This document shows positions 1 to 10,914 of a DNA stretch of 64,000 nt, in pieces. How positions within the stretch are numbered: position 1 is the stretch's first letter; each line of letters begins with the position of its first letter. The stretch covers positions 4,471 through 68,470 of the forward strand of contig CAZMAO010000005.1 of NCBI GenBank assembly GCA_964564465.1, given 5' to 3'. The notes under the pieces were generated by a model that was not told where the DNA came from, did not search any database, and saw only the letters and a list, made by a program, of their open reading frames with translations. Made by a program: the position numbers and the translations under genes. The stretch is from an uncultured Bacteroides sp. (GTDB lineage Bacteria; Bacteroidota; Bacteroidia; Bacteroidales; Muribaculaceae).

Positions 1-1
1 T

Positions 2-868
2 GCGGACAGCGTGCCTTACATTCCAATGCAGGTTGAAGTGGAACTCATTTCAATCAACCCCCTCATACCGCGTCAGGAAACCGATGCCGTCAAAGCTCGC
101 CTGCGCGACTATGCCGACCGCGTTTCGCGTGGCGAAAGCGAATTTTCCACTCTTGCAATTCTTTACTCCGAGGACAAAGAAAGTGCAGTGCGTGGCGGAG
201 AAATCGGTTTCATGGGCCGCGGTCACCTCGATCCGGAATATGCTGCGGTGGCATTCAACCTCAACGACCCGAAAAAAGTATCTAAAATAGTTGAAAGCCA
301 ATATGGCTACCACATCATACAGCTAATTGAAAAACGTGGCGACAGAATCAACACACGTCACATCCTGCTGCGTCCGCATGTCAGCAAAAACGACATAACC
401 GATGCTGTGCACCGCCTTGATTCTCTCAGGACAATTATGGTTGACAGCGCCAGATTCACATTTGAAGACGCTGTGCCCTACATTTCTCAGGACAAGGACA
501 CCCGGAACAACCGCGGACGCATGGTTAACCCCCAGACAGGCACCACACGTTTCGAAATGTCGCAGCTTCCGCAGGAAATAGCGAAAACCGTAAACACCAT
601 GCAGGTCGGCGAAATTTCAAAACCGTTTGTTATGACCGATCCTAAGCTGAACCGTGAGGTTGTAGCCATTGTAAAGCTAACCGAACGTATCGACGGACAC
701 AAAGCGAATATTGCCGATGATTTCCAGACAATAAAGGAGATGTGCGAGCAGGCCCGCCGCGAGGAAATCCTTAAAAACTGGCTTGAGAAAAAAATTAACG
801 ACACTTATGTCAGAATAGAACCGGGATGGCGTAACTGCGAATTCGAACATAAAGGCTGGATAAAATAA
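2..868 (+). CDS. SurA-like parvulin peptidyl-prolyl isomerase (5'-truncated by window edge)
   Basis: Parvulin/rotamase motifs FSTLAILYSED, GGEIGF, SQYGYHIIQL, HILL; second rotamase-like domain; frame open to window start. Confidence 0.85.
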   Translation, partial: ADSVPYIPMQVEVELISINPLIPRQETDAVKARLRDYADRVSRGESEFSTLAILYSEDKESAVRGGEIGFMGRGHLDPEYAAVAFNLNDPKKVSKIVESQYGYHIIQLIEKRGDRINTRHILLRPHVSKNDITDAVHRLDSLRTIMVDSARFTFEDAVPYISQDKDTRNNRGRMVNPQTGTTRFEMSQLPQEIAKTVNTMQVGEISKPFVMTDPKLNREVVAIVKLTERIDGHKANIADDFQTIKEMCEQARREEILKNWLEKKINDTYVRIEPGWRNCEFEHKGWIK

Positions 869-872
869 TCAG

Positions 873-2915
873 ATGCACTTATTTTCGGATATAATTCCAA
901 AATCACTAAAAACGCCCGGACTCAGCGCTTTGCTCTGCCTGGCGCTTTTACTTGCGCCTTCGTTAATAGCAGCATCAGGTCAGAAACCCGTCAACCCCAC
1001 ACAGAAAGCCCCCTCAGCAGCAACCGCACAAAAAACTCCCGTTCCGCCGAAACGTCCTTCCCGTGCCGACAACCGCACAACCAGACGCGAGCCGCTGCTG
1101 CCACAAATTCCTAAAACAGACCGTCACACTCCAGGCAAGGTATTCCTCGAACATGCCGACCAGCTTTACTATAAGGAAGCTCTCGGATTAAGCGCAGAAG
1201 AGCAGAGTCAGGTTCTTGTCGGCAACGTGAAATTCAGACGTGCCGATATGCTTATGTTTTGCGACAGCGCCCGTTTCTACGAAAATTCAAACTCATTCGA
1301 TGCATTCGGAAATGTCAGGATGGAGCAGGGCGACACACTGTTTGTCTATGCCGACGAACTTAATTACAACGGTTCCAATTCGCTCGCCATTCTCTATGCC
1401 AACCCAGGCAAGAAAGTCAGGCTCATTAACCGAGAGGTTAAACTGGAAACCGACATCTTTAACTACGACATGGCGCAGAACGTCGGATTCTACAACATAG
1501 GCGGCGTGCTCACCGACAAACAGAACCGGCTAACATCAATTGAAGGAGAGTATTATCCCGACACAAAATACGCCTACTTCTACACCAACGTCGTTCTCGA
1601 ATCGCAGCAGAACAAATCGAACCTTACAATGCGCACCGACTCTCTAATCTATAACACCGCCACACACATCGCGCAACTTGTGAGTCCCACCGAAATAACA
1701 AACACCGATGGCGTTATCTACTCATCGTCAGGAACATACAACACTGAAACAGGACTTGCCGACCTTTACAAGCGTTCGCAGGTCGTGACAAAACGCGGCA
1801 ACACACTTACAGGCGACACGCTTTTCTACGACCGCGTGAAGCAATATGGCGAAGCTTTCGGAAACATGATTCTCACAGATTCCGCAAGGCAATCCTCGCT
1901 GCACGGAAACTACGGTTACTACGATGAGGTGCGCGACAGCGCCTTCGTTACCGGACGAGCGATGGCCAAAGAATACTCCAAAGGCGACACCCTTTATCTG
2001 CATGGCGATTCAATCACAGCCTATCTCGACCTCTCCGACTCGACACGCGTAACAAACGCATTTCACAACGTACGCTTCTTCCGTTCTGACATTCAAGGAC
2101 TTTGTGATTCATTGAGCATAACGGAACGCGATTCGATAATGTACATGTACCGCGCCCCGGTTATGTGGAGCGACGAGCGACAGATCACCGGAACCGTCAT
2201 TGTGGTGCATCTCAACGACTCGACCGTTGACTGGGCACGCCTCCCCCGTTCAGGAATTGTTGCCGAACATATCGACGAGGACTGCTACAACCAGATTTCA
2301 GGAAACGATCTCACCGCATGGTTTAACGATTCCACTCTCCGCAGGCTTTATGTGGAAGGAAACGTGCAGCTGATAATGTTTCCGATGGAAAGCGACTCAA
2401 CCTACAACAAATTCGCATTCGTTGAGTCGAGTTTCATGGACGCATATTTCAACGGCAATCAAGTGGAACGCATTCATTTCTGGCCCGAAACAACTTCAAA
2501 AATAACGCCCCTCTACCTCGCAAAACGCAACAGCTATTTTCTTCCGAAATTCGCGTGGTATGACGACATGCGCCCATTCGGCCCCTACGATGTGTTCAAC
2601 GTTCCGGAGTCGATGAAACGATTGATAGAGGAATCAGAACCTGTCGACACGGAATCAATTCAACGCATACTTCATCCCAAAACCGCACCTAATCCAAATG
2701 CACCGGCAACACCTGAAACACCTGAAACACCGGCAACGCCTCAGGCTCCCGAAACCACCGCCGACAGCATTGAAAAACCTGATTTATCAGTAGTTGAATC
2801 AGAAAAACCGACCGATGTAAGCACACCCACACATCAATCTGAACCGGCCGCACAGGAATCTGATGAAAACAGTTCCAATGAAATAGCCCGACAGCCGGAT
2901 AACGAAGCCGATTGA
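873..2915 (+). CDS. OstA-like (LptA/LptD N-terminal beta-jellyroll) protein
   Basis: Signal-like N-terminus; repeated beta motifs (GNVKF, CDSA, AFGNV, GDTL) typical of Bacteroidetes OstA-like proteins that follow surA; P/E/T-rich C-terminal tail. Confidence 0.8.
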   Translation: MHLFSDIIPKSLKTPGLSALLCLALLLAPSLIAASGQKPVNPTQKAPSAATAQKTPVPPKRPSRADNRTTRREPLLPQIPKTDRHTPGKVFLEHADQLYYKEALGLSAEEQSQVLVGNVKFRRADMLMFCDSARFYENSNSFDAFGNVRMEQGDTLFVYADELNYNGSNSLAILYANPGKKVRLINREVKLETDIFNYDMAQNVGFYNIGGVLTDKQNRLTSIEGEYYPDTKYAYFYTNVVLESQQNKSNLTMRTDSLIYNTATHIAQLVSPTEITNTDGVIYSSSGTYNTETGLADLYKRSQVVTKRGNTLTGDTLFYDRVKQYGEAFGNMILTDSARQSSLHGNYGYYDEVRDSAFVTGRAMAKEYSKGDTLYLHGDSITAYLDLSDSTRVTNAFHNVRFFRSDIQGLCDSLSITERDSIMYMYRAPVMWSDERQITGTVIVVHLNDSTVDWARLPRSGIVAEHIDEDCYNQISGNDLTAWFNDSTLRRLYVEGNVQLIMFPMESDSTYNKFAFVESSFMDAYFNGNQVERIHFWPETTSKITPLYLAKRNSYFLPKFAWYDDMRPFGPYDVFNVPESMKRLIEESEPVDTESIQRILHPKTAPNPNAPATPETPETPATPQAPETTADSIEKPDLSVVESEKPTDVSTPTHQSEPAAQESDENSSNEIARQPDNEAD

Positions 2916-2928
2916 ACATCAGCTACAA

Positions 2929-2960
2929 TTTGTACAATTCACCCGAGTTTTTTATATTTG
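2929..2960 (+). promoter_or_regulatory. Bacteroidetes sigma-A promoter (-33 TTTG, -7 TATATTTG)
   Basis: TTTG 2929-2932, 20-nt spacer, TATATTTG 2953-2960, just upstream of ATG 2969. Confidence 0.7.
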
Positions 2961-2968
2961 CATCTATT

Positions 2969-4444
2969 ATGAAAAAGATGCTTATAACTGCTGTTTTAGC
3001 AGTTCTTGTTTCAACAAACACCCGGGCGCAGCAAGCCGATTCAACAGCTCAATTCCACTACAACGTTGAAGCCGGCGCTTCATTCGGCGGAGGTGACAAT
3101 GCTCCGTTGTGGCTTACGGCCAACAACGACGGCATGTCGACAATAAAAAAATCGAGTGCCTATCTGCGTGCGGCTATGTTCCGCGACAATGATTATTCAT
3201 CGCGGTTTTCATGGAATGCCGGGGCCGATTTTGCTGTAGCCGCCGGATACACATCCACATTCATCATCAACCAGCTTTATGCCGGCGTAAGATGGCGCTG
3301 CCTCGATTTGACACTCGGAAGCAAGAACTACCATTCACAATTCGTTGACAAGGAATTAAGCTCCGGCGATATGGTTTTCTCCGGAAACGCCCGCCCCGTT
3401 CCACAGGGTCGGATTGCAATCGAACGCTACACCTACATTCCCTACACCCGGCACAAACTTGCCTTACGTGGCTATTTTGCCCTCGGAATGTTCACCGACC
3501 AGGACTGGCAATATACCTTTACCGCCGGAAAACATCAGCGCAATAAATTCGCACTCTATAACGCAAAAGCTCTATTTCTGCGTTGGGGCGACACCGACCG
3601 CATGCCACTGACAGTGGAAGGAGGCCTGGAAATGGCCACACAATGGGGCGGAAAAATCTATTTCCCCGACGGAAAAGTAATCGATCCGGGGCACTCATTC
3701 AAGGATATGCTTAAGGCAATATTCCCAGCGGCTTCATCCTCGTCAAATCCCGACCTCAATCCCGATGCGACCAACGCCGCAGGCAATCATCTCGGACAAT
3801 GGGCTCTGGCTATCGGATGGACGGATAAGAAACACGATTTCAGCGCTCGCCTCTATTACCAGCACTTCTTTGAAGACCATTCAATGATGTTCTTCGACTA
3901 CCTTTGGCGCGACATGCTGCTGGGCGTCGAAGTAAAACTGCCCGAAAACCGCTACGCTAACAAATTCGTTTATGAATATCTGATTACAAAAGATCAGAGC
4001 GCCCCGGTCTACAACGACACCAACGCAAACATCCCCGAACAGGTTTCGGGACGTGACGACTACTATAACAACTGGCTCTATGGAGCATGGCAGCACTGGG
4101 GTCAGGCCATCGGAAATCCCCTGCTGCGTTCACCAATATACAACACAAACGGAAACATATCTTTCATGCACAACCGCGTGAAAGCCCATCACTTCGGGCT
4201 GCAGGGACAGCCGCTGAACGACCTAAGCTACAAACTGCTGTTCTCCTACGTCCGTTCATGGGGAACATATTCATTCCCCACATCCAATGTAATCCACTCC
4301 TACAATGCCGCACTGAAAGTTTCCTATCATCCGGCACGGCTGAAAGGATGGGGGGCATCTCTCGGCATAGGACTTGACCGCGGAGCTTTATACAGCAATA
4401 ATTTCGGCGCAGAAATCGCAATTTCAAAATCAGGATGGCTATGA
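2969..4444 (+). CDS. Capsule assembly Wzi family outer-membrane beta-barrel protein
   Basis: Signal peptide MKKMLITAVLAV; motifs PLWLTAN, SGNARPVPQ, GNHLG, GRDDYYNN, GNPL; start re-assigned to ATG 2969 downstream of the promoter. Confidence 0.75.
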   Translation: MKKMLITAVLAVLVSTNTRAQQADSTAQFHYNVEAGASFGGGDNAPLWLTANNDGMSTIKKSSAYLRAAMFRDNDYSSRFSWNAGADFAVAAGYTSTFIINQLYAGVRWRCLDLTLGSKNYHSQFVDKELSSGDMVFSGNARPVPQGRIAIERYTYIPYTRHKLALRGYFALGMFTDQDWQYTFTAGKHQRNKFALYNAKALFLRWGDTDRMPLTVEGGLEMATQWGGKIYFPDGKVIDPGHSFKDMLKAIFPAASSSSNPDLNPDATNAAGNHLGQWALAIGWTDKKHDFSARLYYQHFFEDHSMMFFDYLWRDMLLGVEVKLPENRYANKFVYEYLITKDQSAPVYNDTNANIPEQVSGRDDYYNNWLYGAWQHWGQAIGNPLLRSPIYNTNGNISFMHNRVKAHHFGLQGQPLNDLSYKLLFSYVRSWGTYSFPTSNVIHSYNAALKVSYHPARLKGWGASLGIGLDRGALYSNNFGAEIAISKSGWL

Positions 4445-4884
4445 ACAGAACTTTTAAACTTATCCCGCTCCTAACTGCGGCAATTATAACTTTATCGCTC
4501 CATTCCTGCCGCGTAGCCCCTACCGATCCCGATCTCGACGCACAGTGGCAGCTAATGACCGTAGAATCCGAATCCGGAACAGTTATTCCCGACAATCCGC
4601 GGGTTTACTACAATTTTTACCGGCACACGGCTCTGCTCACCACCTCCGGCAACTATCATGTTACCGCCAACCTCACTTACGACGGTCAAACTCTGAAACT
4701 TGAATTTCCCGGGCAGACATGGAGCAATCTTAATCAGCTCTACATAGAACAACCCTCCGGAAATGAAACGGACCTTCAGCCGGACGATTATCCTGTAATT
4801 GTCTTTACGGTAGTGAAACTTAACGGAAAACAGCTTATCCTTTCACTCCCCGACAACAAAACCTACACTTTCAGAAAATACTGA
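4441..4884 (+). CDS. Lipocalin-like domain lipoprotein
   Basis: Lipobox LHSC; LDAQWQL N-terminal motif; C-terminal YTFRKY. Confidence 0.7.
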   Translation: MNRTFKLIPLLTAAIITLSLHSCRVAPTDPDLDAQWQLMTVESESGTVIPDNPRVYYNFYRHTALLTTSGNYHVTANLTYDGQTLKLEFPGQTWSNLNQLYIEQPSGNETDLQPDDYPVIVFTVVKLNGKQLILSLPDNKTYTFRKY

Positions 4885-4911
4885 TGAAGCAGACAAACTC
4901 CTGAAATACTG

Positions 4912-5637
4912 ATGCGTAATCTGATTTACATATCATTAACCGCAATCCTGTGCTGCGCTTGCTCCTCCCGCTCCGACCTGTCAAACCGCCGGAAAGACGA
5001 AATAATGCACCTCGACATGAGAGGTGACTCACTCACCGCCTACGCAGCAGTCTACGACGGGCCGGTAGGCCCGGCTGTCCGCTTGAAAACCAACAGCATA
5101 GGATTATATCCTAAAATATTCAACGATAGCAATATCACACATTGGACAGCTGCCGAAAAAATAGGCATAGAACCACTTAAAACCTTGCGCTCGCACTGGC
5201 AATTGAAAAATCCTATTGTAAAGATTCAGTCGTGCGCTGATTTCTACATCGAGCCTCTGACCCACTCCGTACCCTTTCTTGTTAAACAAGGGTCATTAAG
5301 ACTGCATGAAATCGGACGACGCTTCCGCGATTCCCTCGACAGCCGCGGTGGCGGTAATTACCGAATCCGTGTAACCAGCGTTACACGCACTGCCGCAAAC
5401 GTGAAACGGCTGCGCCGCCGGAACCGGAATGCCGTTGACTCATCCGTTCATCAGCTCGGAACCACTTTCGACATATCCTACAGTTCCTTCGCCATCTCAT
5501 CACCGGAAGTACCAAGAGAAAACGCACAGCTTAAAGCTCTGCTTGCCGAGGTTCTGTTTGCCATGCAGCAGGAGGGTAAAATTCTTGTGAAATACGAGAA
5601 AAAACAGCCCTGCTTCCACGTAACAGCAATCCGTTGA
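4912..5637 (+). CDS. DUF5715-like lipoprotein (possible M15/LAS-fold metallopeptidase-like)
   Basis: Lipobox CACS; motifs LTHSVPFL, VTSVTRT, SVHQLGTTFDISY, QPCFHVT. Confidence 0.65.
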   Translation: MRNLIYISLTAILCCACSSRSDLSNRRKDEIMHLDMRGDSLTAYAAVYDGPVGPAVRLKTNSIGLYPKIFNDSNITHWTAAEKIGIEPLKTLRSHWQLKNPIVKIQSCADFYIEPLTHSVPFLVKQGSLRLHEIGRRFRDSLDSRGGGNYRIRVTSVTRTAANVKRLRRRNRNAVDSSVHQLGTTFDISYSSFAISSPEVPRENAQLKALLAEVLFAMQQEGKILVKYEKKQPCFHVTAIR

Positions 5638-5672
5638 GTGCAAAATACAAATCCATTCAGACAATCACAATC

Positions 5673-8600
5673 ATGAGAAAACTGTTTAAAACTCTCGCAA
5701 TCCTGTTCATATCCCTTCTCGCACTTCTGCTTCTTGCTGTAGGCGCGTCTGTCTGGATTCTCACGCCCGAACGCCTCACCCCGCTTGTCAACGATGTGGC
5801 TTCCAAGCAGATGAACGCAACACTCAGTTCATCGCGAATAGAACTTACTTTCTGGAAAACATTTCCCCGGCTTACGGTTGAAATCGATTCATTGCAGATC
5901 ATCAGCCATGCACTCGACTCGGTTTCTCCGGAAACACGTCTTAAAATACCGGCCGGAGCCGACTCGCTCGCATCAGTGAAACATCTGAGTGCCGGAATCG
6001 ACATTATTTCACTGCTCGCCACTAAAATCAATCTCTACGATGTTGAAATCCGTTCACCTAAACTAAACATCGTGCAGATCGATTCCCTGCAGAACAACTA
6101 CAACATCTTCCCCCCGTCTGAAGAATCGACCGAGCCAACCATAATTCCCGCCATCTCAATAAACCGGTTCATAATTACCGACGGATTCCCCGTTTCATTT
6201 ACCTCTGTAGCCGATTCAATGCATGTATCGGCGCATCTCGCCACAGTCCATCTCTCCGGCGAAAAAGCACCGGTCTACACACTTAAAATAGACGGAAACA
6301 GCGCGGCTAAACTTCCCGATCTGCATCTGCCATCAACTCCATTCGGGCTTAACGGCTCAATACACTGGCAACCTTCCGAGCCAGGCGCTGTAAAGCTCGA
6401 AAATCTCACCATGAGCGCGGACAAAGTCGCTATCACCGTCAACTCGGCAATTCAGGTCCTCGACACACTGGCCATAAACCGATTGAAAATATCCGGCCAA
6501 AACATTGATATTTCCAATCTCATATCTTTAATGCCTCCGGAAATCCGCGGAGAACTCAACAAAATAAACACTAATCTGCAAGCCTCCTTCACCGCTGAGC
6601 TTATGGCTCCGTACATTCCATCGTCAGAAAAAATTCCGCCGGTAGAACTATATCTCGACATGCCACGTGGCCAACTCACATATAATCCTCTCGAACTCCG
6701 TGGTTTAGAAGCTGAAATCCAAGCTTCAATTTACCCGTCCGACCCCGACCTCAGCAAAATAAACATAAAAAAATTCAGCGCGCAGGGCAAAAGCATAGAT
6801 TTCACCTTAGCAGCAGAAATAACGCATCCTGTAAGCGATGCATTTATAAAAGGCTCGTTTAAAGGCCTGATAAGTTTTGACCGTCTGCCATCACAACTCA
6901 CCGTAAAGCTTCCCTGTAAAATTTCAGGAACACTCGACGGCGATGCTAAATTCCGCTTCCACACCTCCGACCTCAACGCCAAATCATTCCATCGTGCCAT
7001 AGTCGACGGCACATTGAATCTACGCAAGTTCCATGCCGACATGAACGATGCCTCCGGCAGCTTATTCGCGAATCACGCCATGCTGCGCCTCGGAACAAAC
7101 TCCTCGGTAACCGTAAACGGACATAAAGTCGACTCTCTTTTAACTGCCAACCTCGACATCGACACGTTAGCCACATCCATACCCGGTTTATCGCTGCAAG
7201 GAAGTTCACTGAAAATGGGGATCGGAGCGAAAAATGAATCTTCGCTTCTCGACACAACCCAGATTACACCGATAGGAATTTCAATGAGTGCAAAGCGAAT
7301 TAATCTGCGCAGCGACAGCGATTCCATTAATCTTCGCCTGCGCGACGCAAATGTGCGGGCTTCGTTAACCAGGTTCAAAAACCAGGGAAGAAGCCCACTG
7401 CTTAAACTCGGAATCAATTTGGGACGCCTGCGTGTGGCCGACAAATACAACCGCCTGACTCTCCGCGACGTAGCCACTAACCTTACGCTTCATCCAAAAG
7501 CCAGGCCACGCATGTCGAAACGAATGCAGACAATTTACGACTCTATCGCAGCCGCACACCCTTCCCTTAGCGCCGATTCAATTAAACACCTTGCATTCGC
7601 AAGAACCAGACGCAATTCAAAACGCACGGAAAACGTGGCGACATCCGGAGAAAAAATTGACTGGGGAATTGACAACTCACTCCGGTCATATCTCAGGATG
7701 TGGCATGCCGAAGGCTCGTTGAAAGCAAAACGCGCCCGCATTTTCACACCGTATTTCCCGGTGCGCAATGTCATATCCAATCTCGATCTGTTCTTTTCAA
7801 CCGATTCAATTGTGCTTCACGACACCCATTATAAAATGGGTAAAAGTGATTTCCTGATAAACGGTTCCATACGAAACATTTCGCGTGCCCTAACCTCAAG
7901 CAGAGGCGCTCCGCTGAATCTGGAACTTGATGTGCAATGCGACTCGCTCGACATCAACGACCTTACGCGCGCCATGATGATGGGTTCCGCATTCACCGAA
8001 AAAATACAACGCGGACAGGCCAGGATTTCCGATTCGGAAAACGATGAAGTTCTCGAAGCCTCGATCGCAACTCAGGTAAGCGATTCCGACCGCGCAGCCG
8101 TGCTCATTCCCACAAACCTCACGGCTTTGATAAATGTCAAGGCCAAGACCATGAAATACGGCGACATACTTTTCCAGCGCTTCGTCGGGCGAATCGAAGC
8201 ATCGAAAGGAGCCGTGCATCTCGACCGGCTCGGAGCCTACACACCTATGGGCTCATTTGGAATGACCGCACTTTACTCCGCCCCTAACAAAAACGAAATT
8301 CAGTTTGCAGGTGGAATTGTGGTGCGCCGGCTCGATCTGCACCAGTTCCTGCACATGCTTCCCGAAATTGATTCAATCCTTCCCATGCTCAATTCAATGG
8401 AAGGCATCATCACCGCCGAATGTGCCCTTGCCTCTCAACTCGACTCCATGATGAATCTGCGCTTCAACACACTCGACATGGCGCTGAAACTCTCGGGCGA
8501 CTCGCTTGTGCTTCTTGACAGCGACACATTCCGGAAAATTGCCAAATGGCTACTTTTCAAGCATAAGGACCGTAACATGATCGACAGCATGAGCGTTGAA

Positions 8601-9104
8601 ATGCGAATCAGGGACTCGCATCTGCAGCTCTATCCGTTCATGGTGCAGTTCGACCGCTACCGATTCGGTATAAACGGTGGAAACGACATGGGATTGAACC
8701 TCGACTATCACATAGCCGTACTCAAATCGCCGATTCCTTTCAAATTCGGTGTAAACATCAAAGGCAAACCCGACCATTTGAGAATCAGCCTCGGACGAGC
8801 TAAATTTAACGAAAACGAAATAACATCGTCGCGACAGCTCACCGACACTGCCCGCATAAACCTGATACGCGAAATCAAAAACGTATTTAAATTCGGTGTG
8901 TCTAACAGCAAATATGTGTCACTCACCCAATCCGAGCCAAAGCCGTCGAAACAGGAATTTGAAGTTTCCGATTCCATCTCCGCTGCCGATTCGCTCTTCT
9001 TCATACGCCAGGGTGTTCTGACACCGCCACCCGGATGGAAAGATCCCGACAGCATCGCTGCCGAAAACAATAAGAACAGTAAGAAACGTAAAAAGAAAAA
9101 ATAA
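5673..9104 (+). CDS. AsmA-like family membrane-anchored protein
   Basis: N-terminal TM anchor, long beta-rich body, C-terminal LDYHIAVLKSPIPFKFGVNI motif of Bacteroidetes AsmA-like proteins. Confidence 0.75.
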   Translation: MRKLFKTLAILFISLLALLLLAVGASVWILTPERLTPLVNDVASKQMNATLSSSRIELTFWKTFPRLTVEIDSLQIISHALDSVSPETRLKIPAGADSLASVKHLSAGIDIISLLATKINLYDVEIRSPKLNIVQIDSLQNNYNIFPPSEESTEPTIIPAISINRFIITDGFPVSFTSVADSMHVSAHLATVHLSGEKAPVYTLKIDGNSAAKLPDLHLPSTPFGLNGSIHWQPSEPGAVKLENLTMSADKVAITVNSAIQVLDTLAINRLKISGQNIDISNLISLMPPEIRGELNKINTNLQASFTAELMAPYIPSSEKIPPVELYLDMPRGQLTYNPLELRGLEAEIQASIYPSDPDLSKINIKKFSAQGKSIDFTLAAEITHPVSDAFIKGSFKGLISFDRLPSQLTVKLPCKISGTLDGDAKFRFHTSDLNAKSFHRAIVDGTLNLRKFHADMNDASGSLFANHAMLRLGTNSSVTVNGHKVDSLLTANLDIDTLATSIPGLSLQGSSLKMGIGAKNESSLLDTTQITPIGISMSAKRINLRSDSDSINLRLRDANVRASLTRFKNQGRSPLLKLGINLGRLRVADKYNRLTLRDVATNLTLHPKARPRMSKRMQTIYDSIAAAHPSLSADSIKHLAFARTRRNSKRTENVATSGEKIDWGIDNSLRSYLRMWHAEGSLKAKRARIFTPYFPVRNVISNLDLFFSTDSIVLHDTHYKMGKSDFLINGSIRNISRALTSSRGAPLNLELDVQCDSLDINDLTRAMMMGSAFTEKIQRGQARISDSENDEVLEASIATQVSDSDRAAVLIPTNLTALINVKAKTMKYGDILFQRFVGRIEASKGAVHLDRLGAYTPMGSFGMTALYSAPNKNEIQFAGGIVVRRLDLHQFLHMLPEIDSILPMLNSMEGIITAECALASQLDSMMNLRFNTLDMALKLSGDSLVLLDSDTFRKIAKWLLFKHKDRNMIDSMSVEMRIRDSHLQLYPFMVQFDRYRFGINGGNDMGLNLDYHIAVLKSPIPFKFGVNIKGKPDHLRISLGRAKFNENEITSSRQLTDTARINLIREIKNVFKFGVSNSKYVSLTQSEPKPSKQEFEVSDSISAADSLFFIRQGVLTPPPGWKDPDSIAAENNKNSKKRKKKK

Positions 9105-9853
9105 TGTACCACAACGAAATAATGACCTTTCTGCAATCGCGCGGACTGCTTAATTTCACTCCACGTGCCGCTCTGGTCGACATGGATGGTACGCTCTATA
9201 ACTCCATGCCCAACCATGCCGACGCATGGATGCGTCTCACTGCCGAAAACTCCATTCCGGCCACCCGCAATGAATTTTTCAGTTGGGAAGGTCGCACCGG
9301 AGCATCGATAATCAATGAACTGTTTAACCGCACTTTCGGGCGCGACGCCACTGCTGAAGAATGTGAGAAACTTTACCACCGCAAAACGGAACTTTTCGCT
9401 GAAATGCCGCCCGTAGAAGTAATGCCGGGCGCACAACGGCTCATGTCATTTCTTAAGTCGATAGGCATGAAAATGGTGCTGGTAACAGGTTCGGGACAAA
9501 ACTCGCTTATAAACCGCATTGAAAAGGATTTTCCGGGAATTTTCTCACCCGACATGCGCATCACCTCGCGCAATGTCAACCATGGCAAGCCACACCCCGA
9601 ACCGTTTATTCGCGCAATGGAACTGGCAGGGACAAAGCCTGATGAATCGATAGTGATAGAAAACGCTCCTTTAGGTGTAAAAGCAGGCCGTGCGTCAAAA
9701 GCCTTCACGTTCGGCATAAACACAGGCCCGATTCCAATTTCCGAACTTGAACAGGCCGGAGCCGACATAGTGTTCCCGTCAATGGAGGAATGTGCTGATG
9801 CCATGCCTCTAATAATCTATTCAATGATAACGCAATCGGCTAATTTCAACTGA
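9104..9853 (+). CDS. HAD-IA family hydrolase (beta-phosphoglucomutase-like)
   Basis: HAD motifs DMDGTL, VTGS, GKPHPEP, ENAPLG. Confidence 0.85.
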   Translation: MYHNEIMTFLQSRGLLNFTPRAALVDMDGTLYNSMPNHADAWMRLTAENSIPATRNEFFSWEGRTGASIINELFNRTFGRDATAEECEKLYHRKTELFAEMPPVEVMPGAQRLMSFLKSIGMKMVLVTGSGQNSLINRIEKDFPGIFSPDMRITSRNVNHGKPHPEPFIRAMELAGTKPDESIVIENAPLGVKAGRASKAFTFGINTGPIPISELEQAGADIVFPSMEECADAMPLIIYSMITQSANFN

Positions 9854-10914
9854 TGAGTCAGAAACTTATTTTCACCCGCGAACCTGACGCGGCTCTGTTC
9901 GACATCCTCAATCAACACGACAGCAAATCATCGTTCTTCATCACCGACAGCAACACACGCCGGTTTGTCAGCAACGTCGCACAAAAACTCCCCGGCGGTG
10001 ATTCGTTTCCGGTCATAACAATCCCGGCCGGAGATACAGAGAAAAATCTCGACAACCTTTCATATATCTGGGAACAGCTGCAGATTCTCGGAGCCACACG
10101 CCACTCGTTGATTGTCAATTTAGGGGGAGGAATGATCACCGACATTGGCGGATTCGCTGCCGCAACCTTTAAACGTGGCTTAAAGTTCGTGAATATCCCT
10201 ACCACCATACTCGGTGCGGTCGATGCAGCCGTCGGTGGAAAAACAGGCATAAACTTCAACGGCCTTAAAAATGAGATCGGAACATTCCAGCCGGCCGAAT
10301 GTGTGATTATTTCCGATATATTCTATTCCTCCCTCTCCAACGATGACCGCCTGTCAGGCTATGGCGAAATGCTCAAACACGCATTGCTTTCATCGCCTGA
10401 AACTCTGAACCGGACACTGGAACTCGACATACTAAATCCGCAGTTACCCGACATGCTTCATCTGGTGAGCAAAAGTGTCTCCGTTAAGCAGGAAATAGTT
10501 GAAGCTGACCCATACGAAAAAGGAATCCGCAAGGCATTGAATCTCGGACACACGGCCGGCCACGCCTTCGAATCGCTTGCCATGCATCGCGGCACACCGG
10601 TGCCACATGGCGTTGCCGTGGCCTATGGACTTGTTGTTGACCTCGTTTTGTCGAATCTACTTTTAAACTGCCCTTCGAAATGGCTTTACAGTGTGGCGCA
10701 GCGTGTGGCGGAAAGTTTCAGAGGCCCGGAATTCACATGCAACGATTATCCCGAGCTTATTGAATTAATGCGACACGACAAAAAGAATATAACACCCCAC
10801 GGAATAGTCTTCACATTGATTCGTGAACCGGGACAGATTGAAATTAATCAGACCGTTTCGGAAGCAGACATATCGTCCGCACTCGACATCACCCGCGATC
10901 TGCTTCACTTCTGA
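9853..10914 (+). CDS. aroB: 3-dehydroquinate synthase
   Basis: GGGMITDIGGFAAATFKRG, PTT..VDAAVGGKTGIN, KNEIG, LNLGHTAGHAFE, HGVAVA. Confidence 0.95.
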   Translation: MSQKLIFTREPDAALFDILNQHDSKSSFFITDSNTRRFVSNVAQKLPGGDSFPVITIPAGDTEKNLDNLSYIWEQLQILGATRHSLIVNLGGGMITDIGGFAAATFKRGLKFVNIPTTILGAVDAAVGGKTGINFNGLKNEIGTFQPAECVIISDIFYSSLSNDDRLSGYGEMLKHALLSSPETLNRTLELDILNPQLPDMLHLVSKSVSVKQEIVEADPYEKGIRKALNLGHTAGHAFESLAMHRGTPVPHGVAVAYGLVVDLVLSNLLLNCPSKWLYSVAQRVAESFRGPEFTCNDYPELIELMRHDKKNITPHGIVFTLIREPGQIEINQTVSEADISSALDITRDLLHF

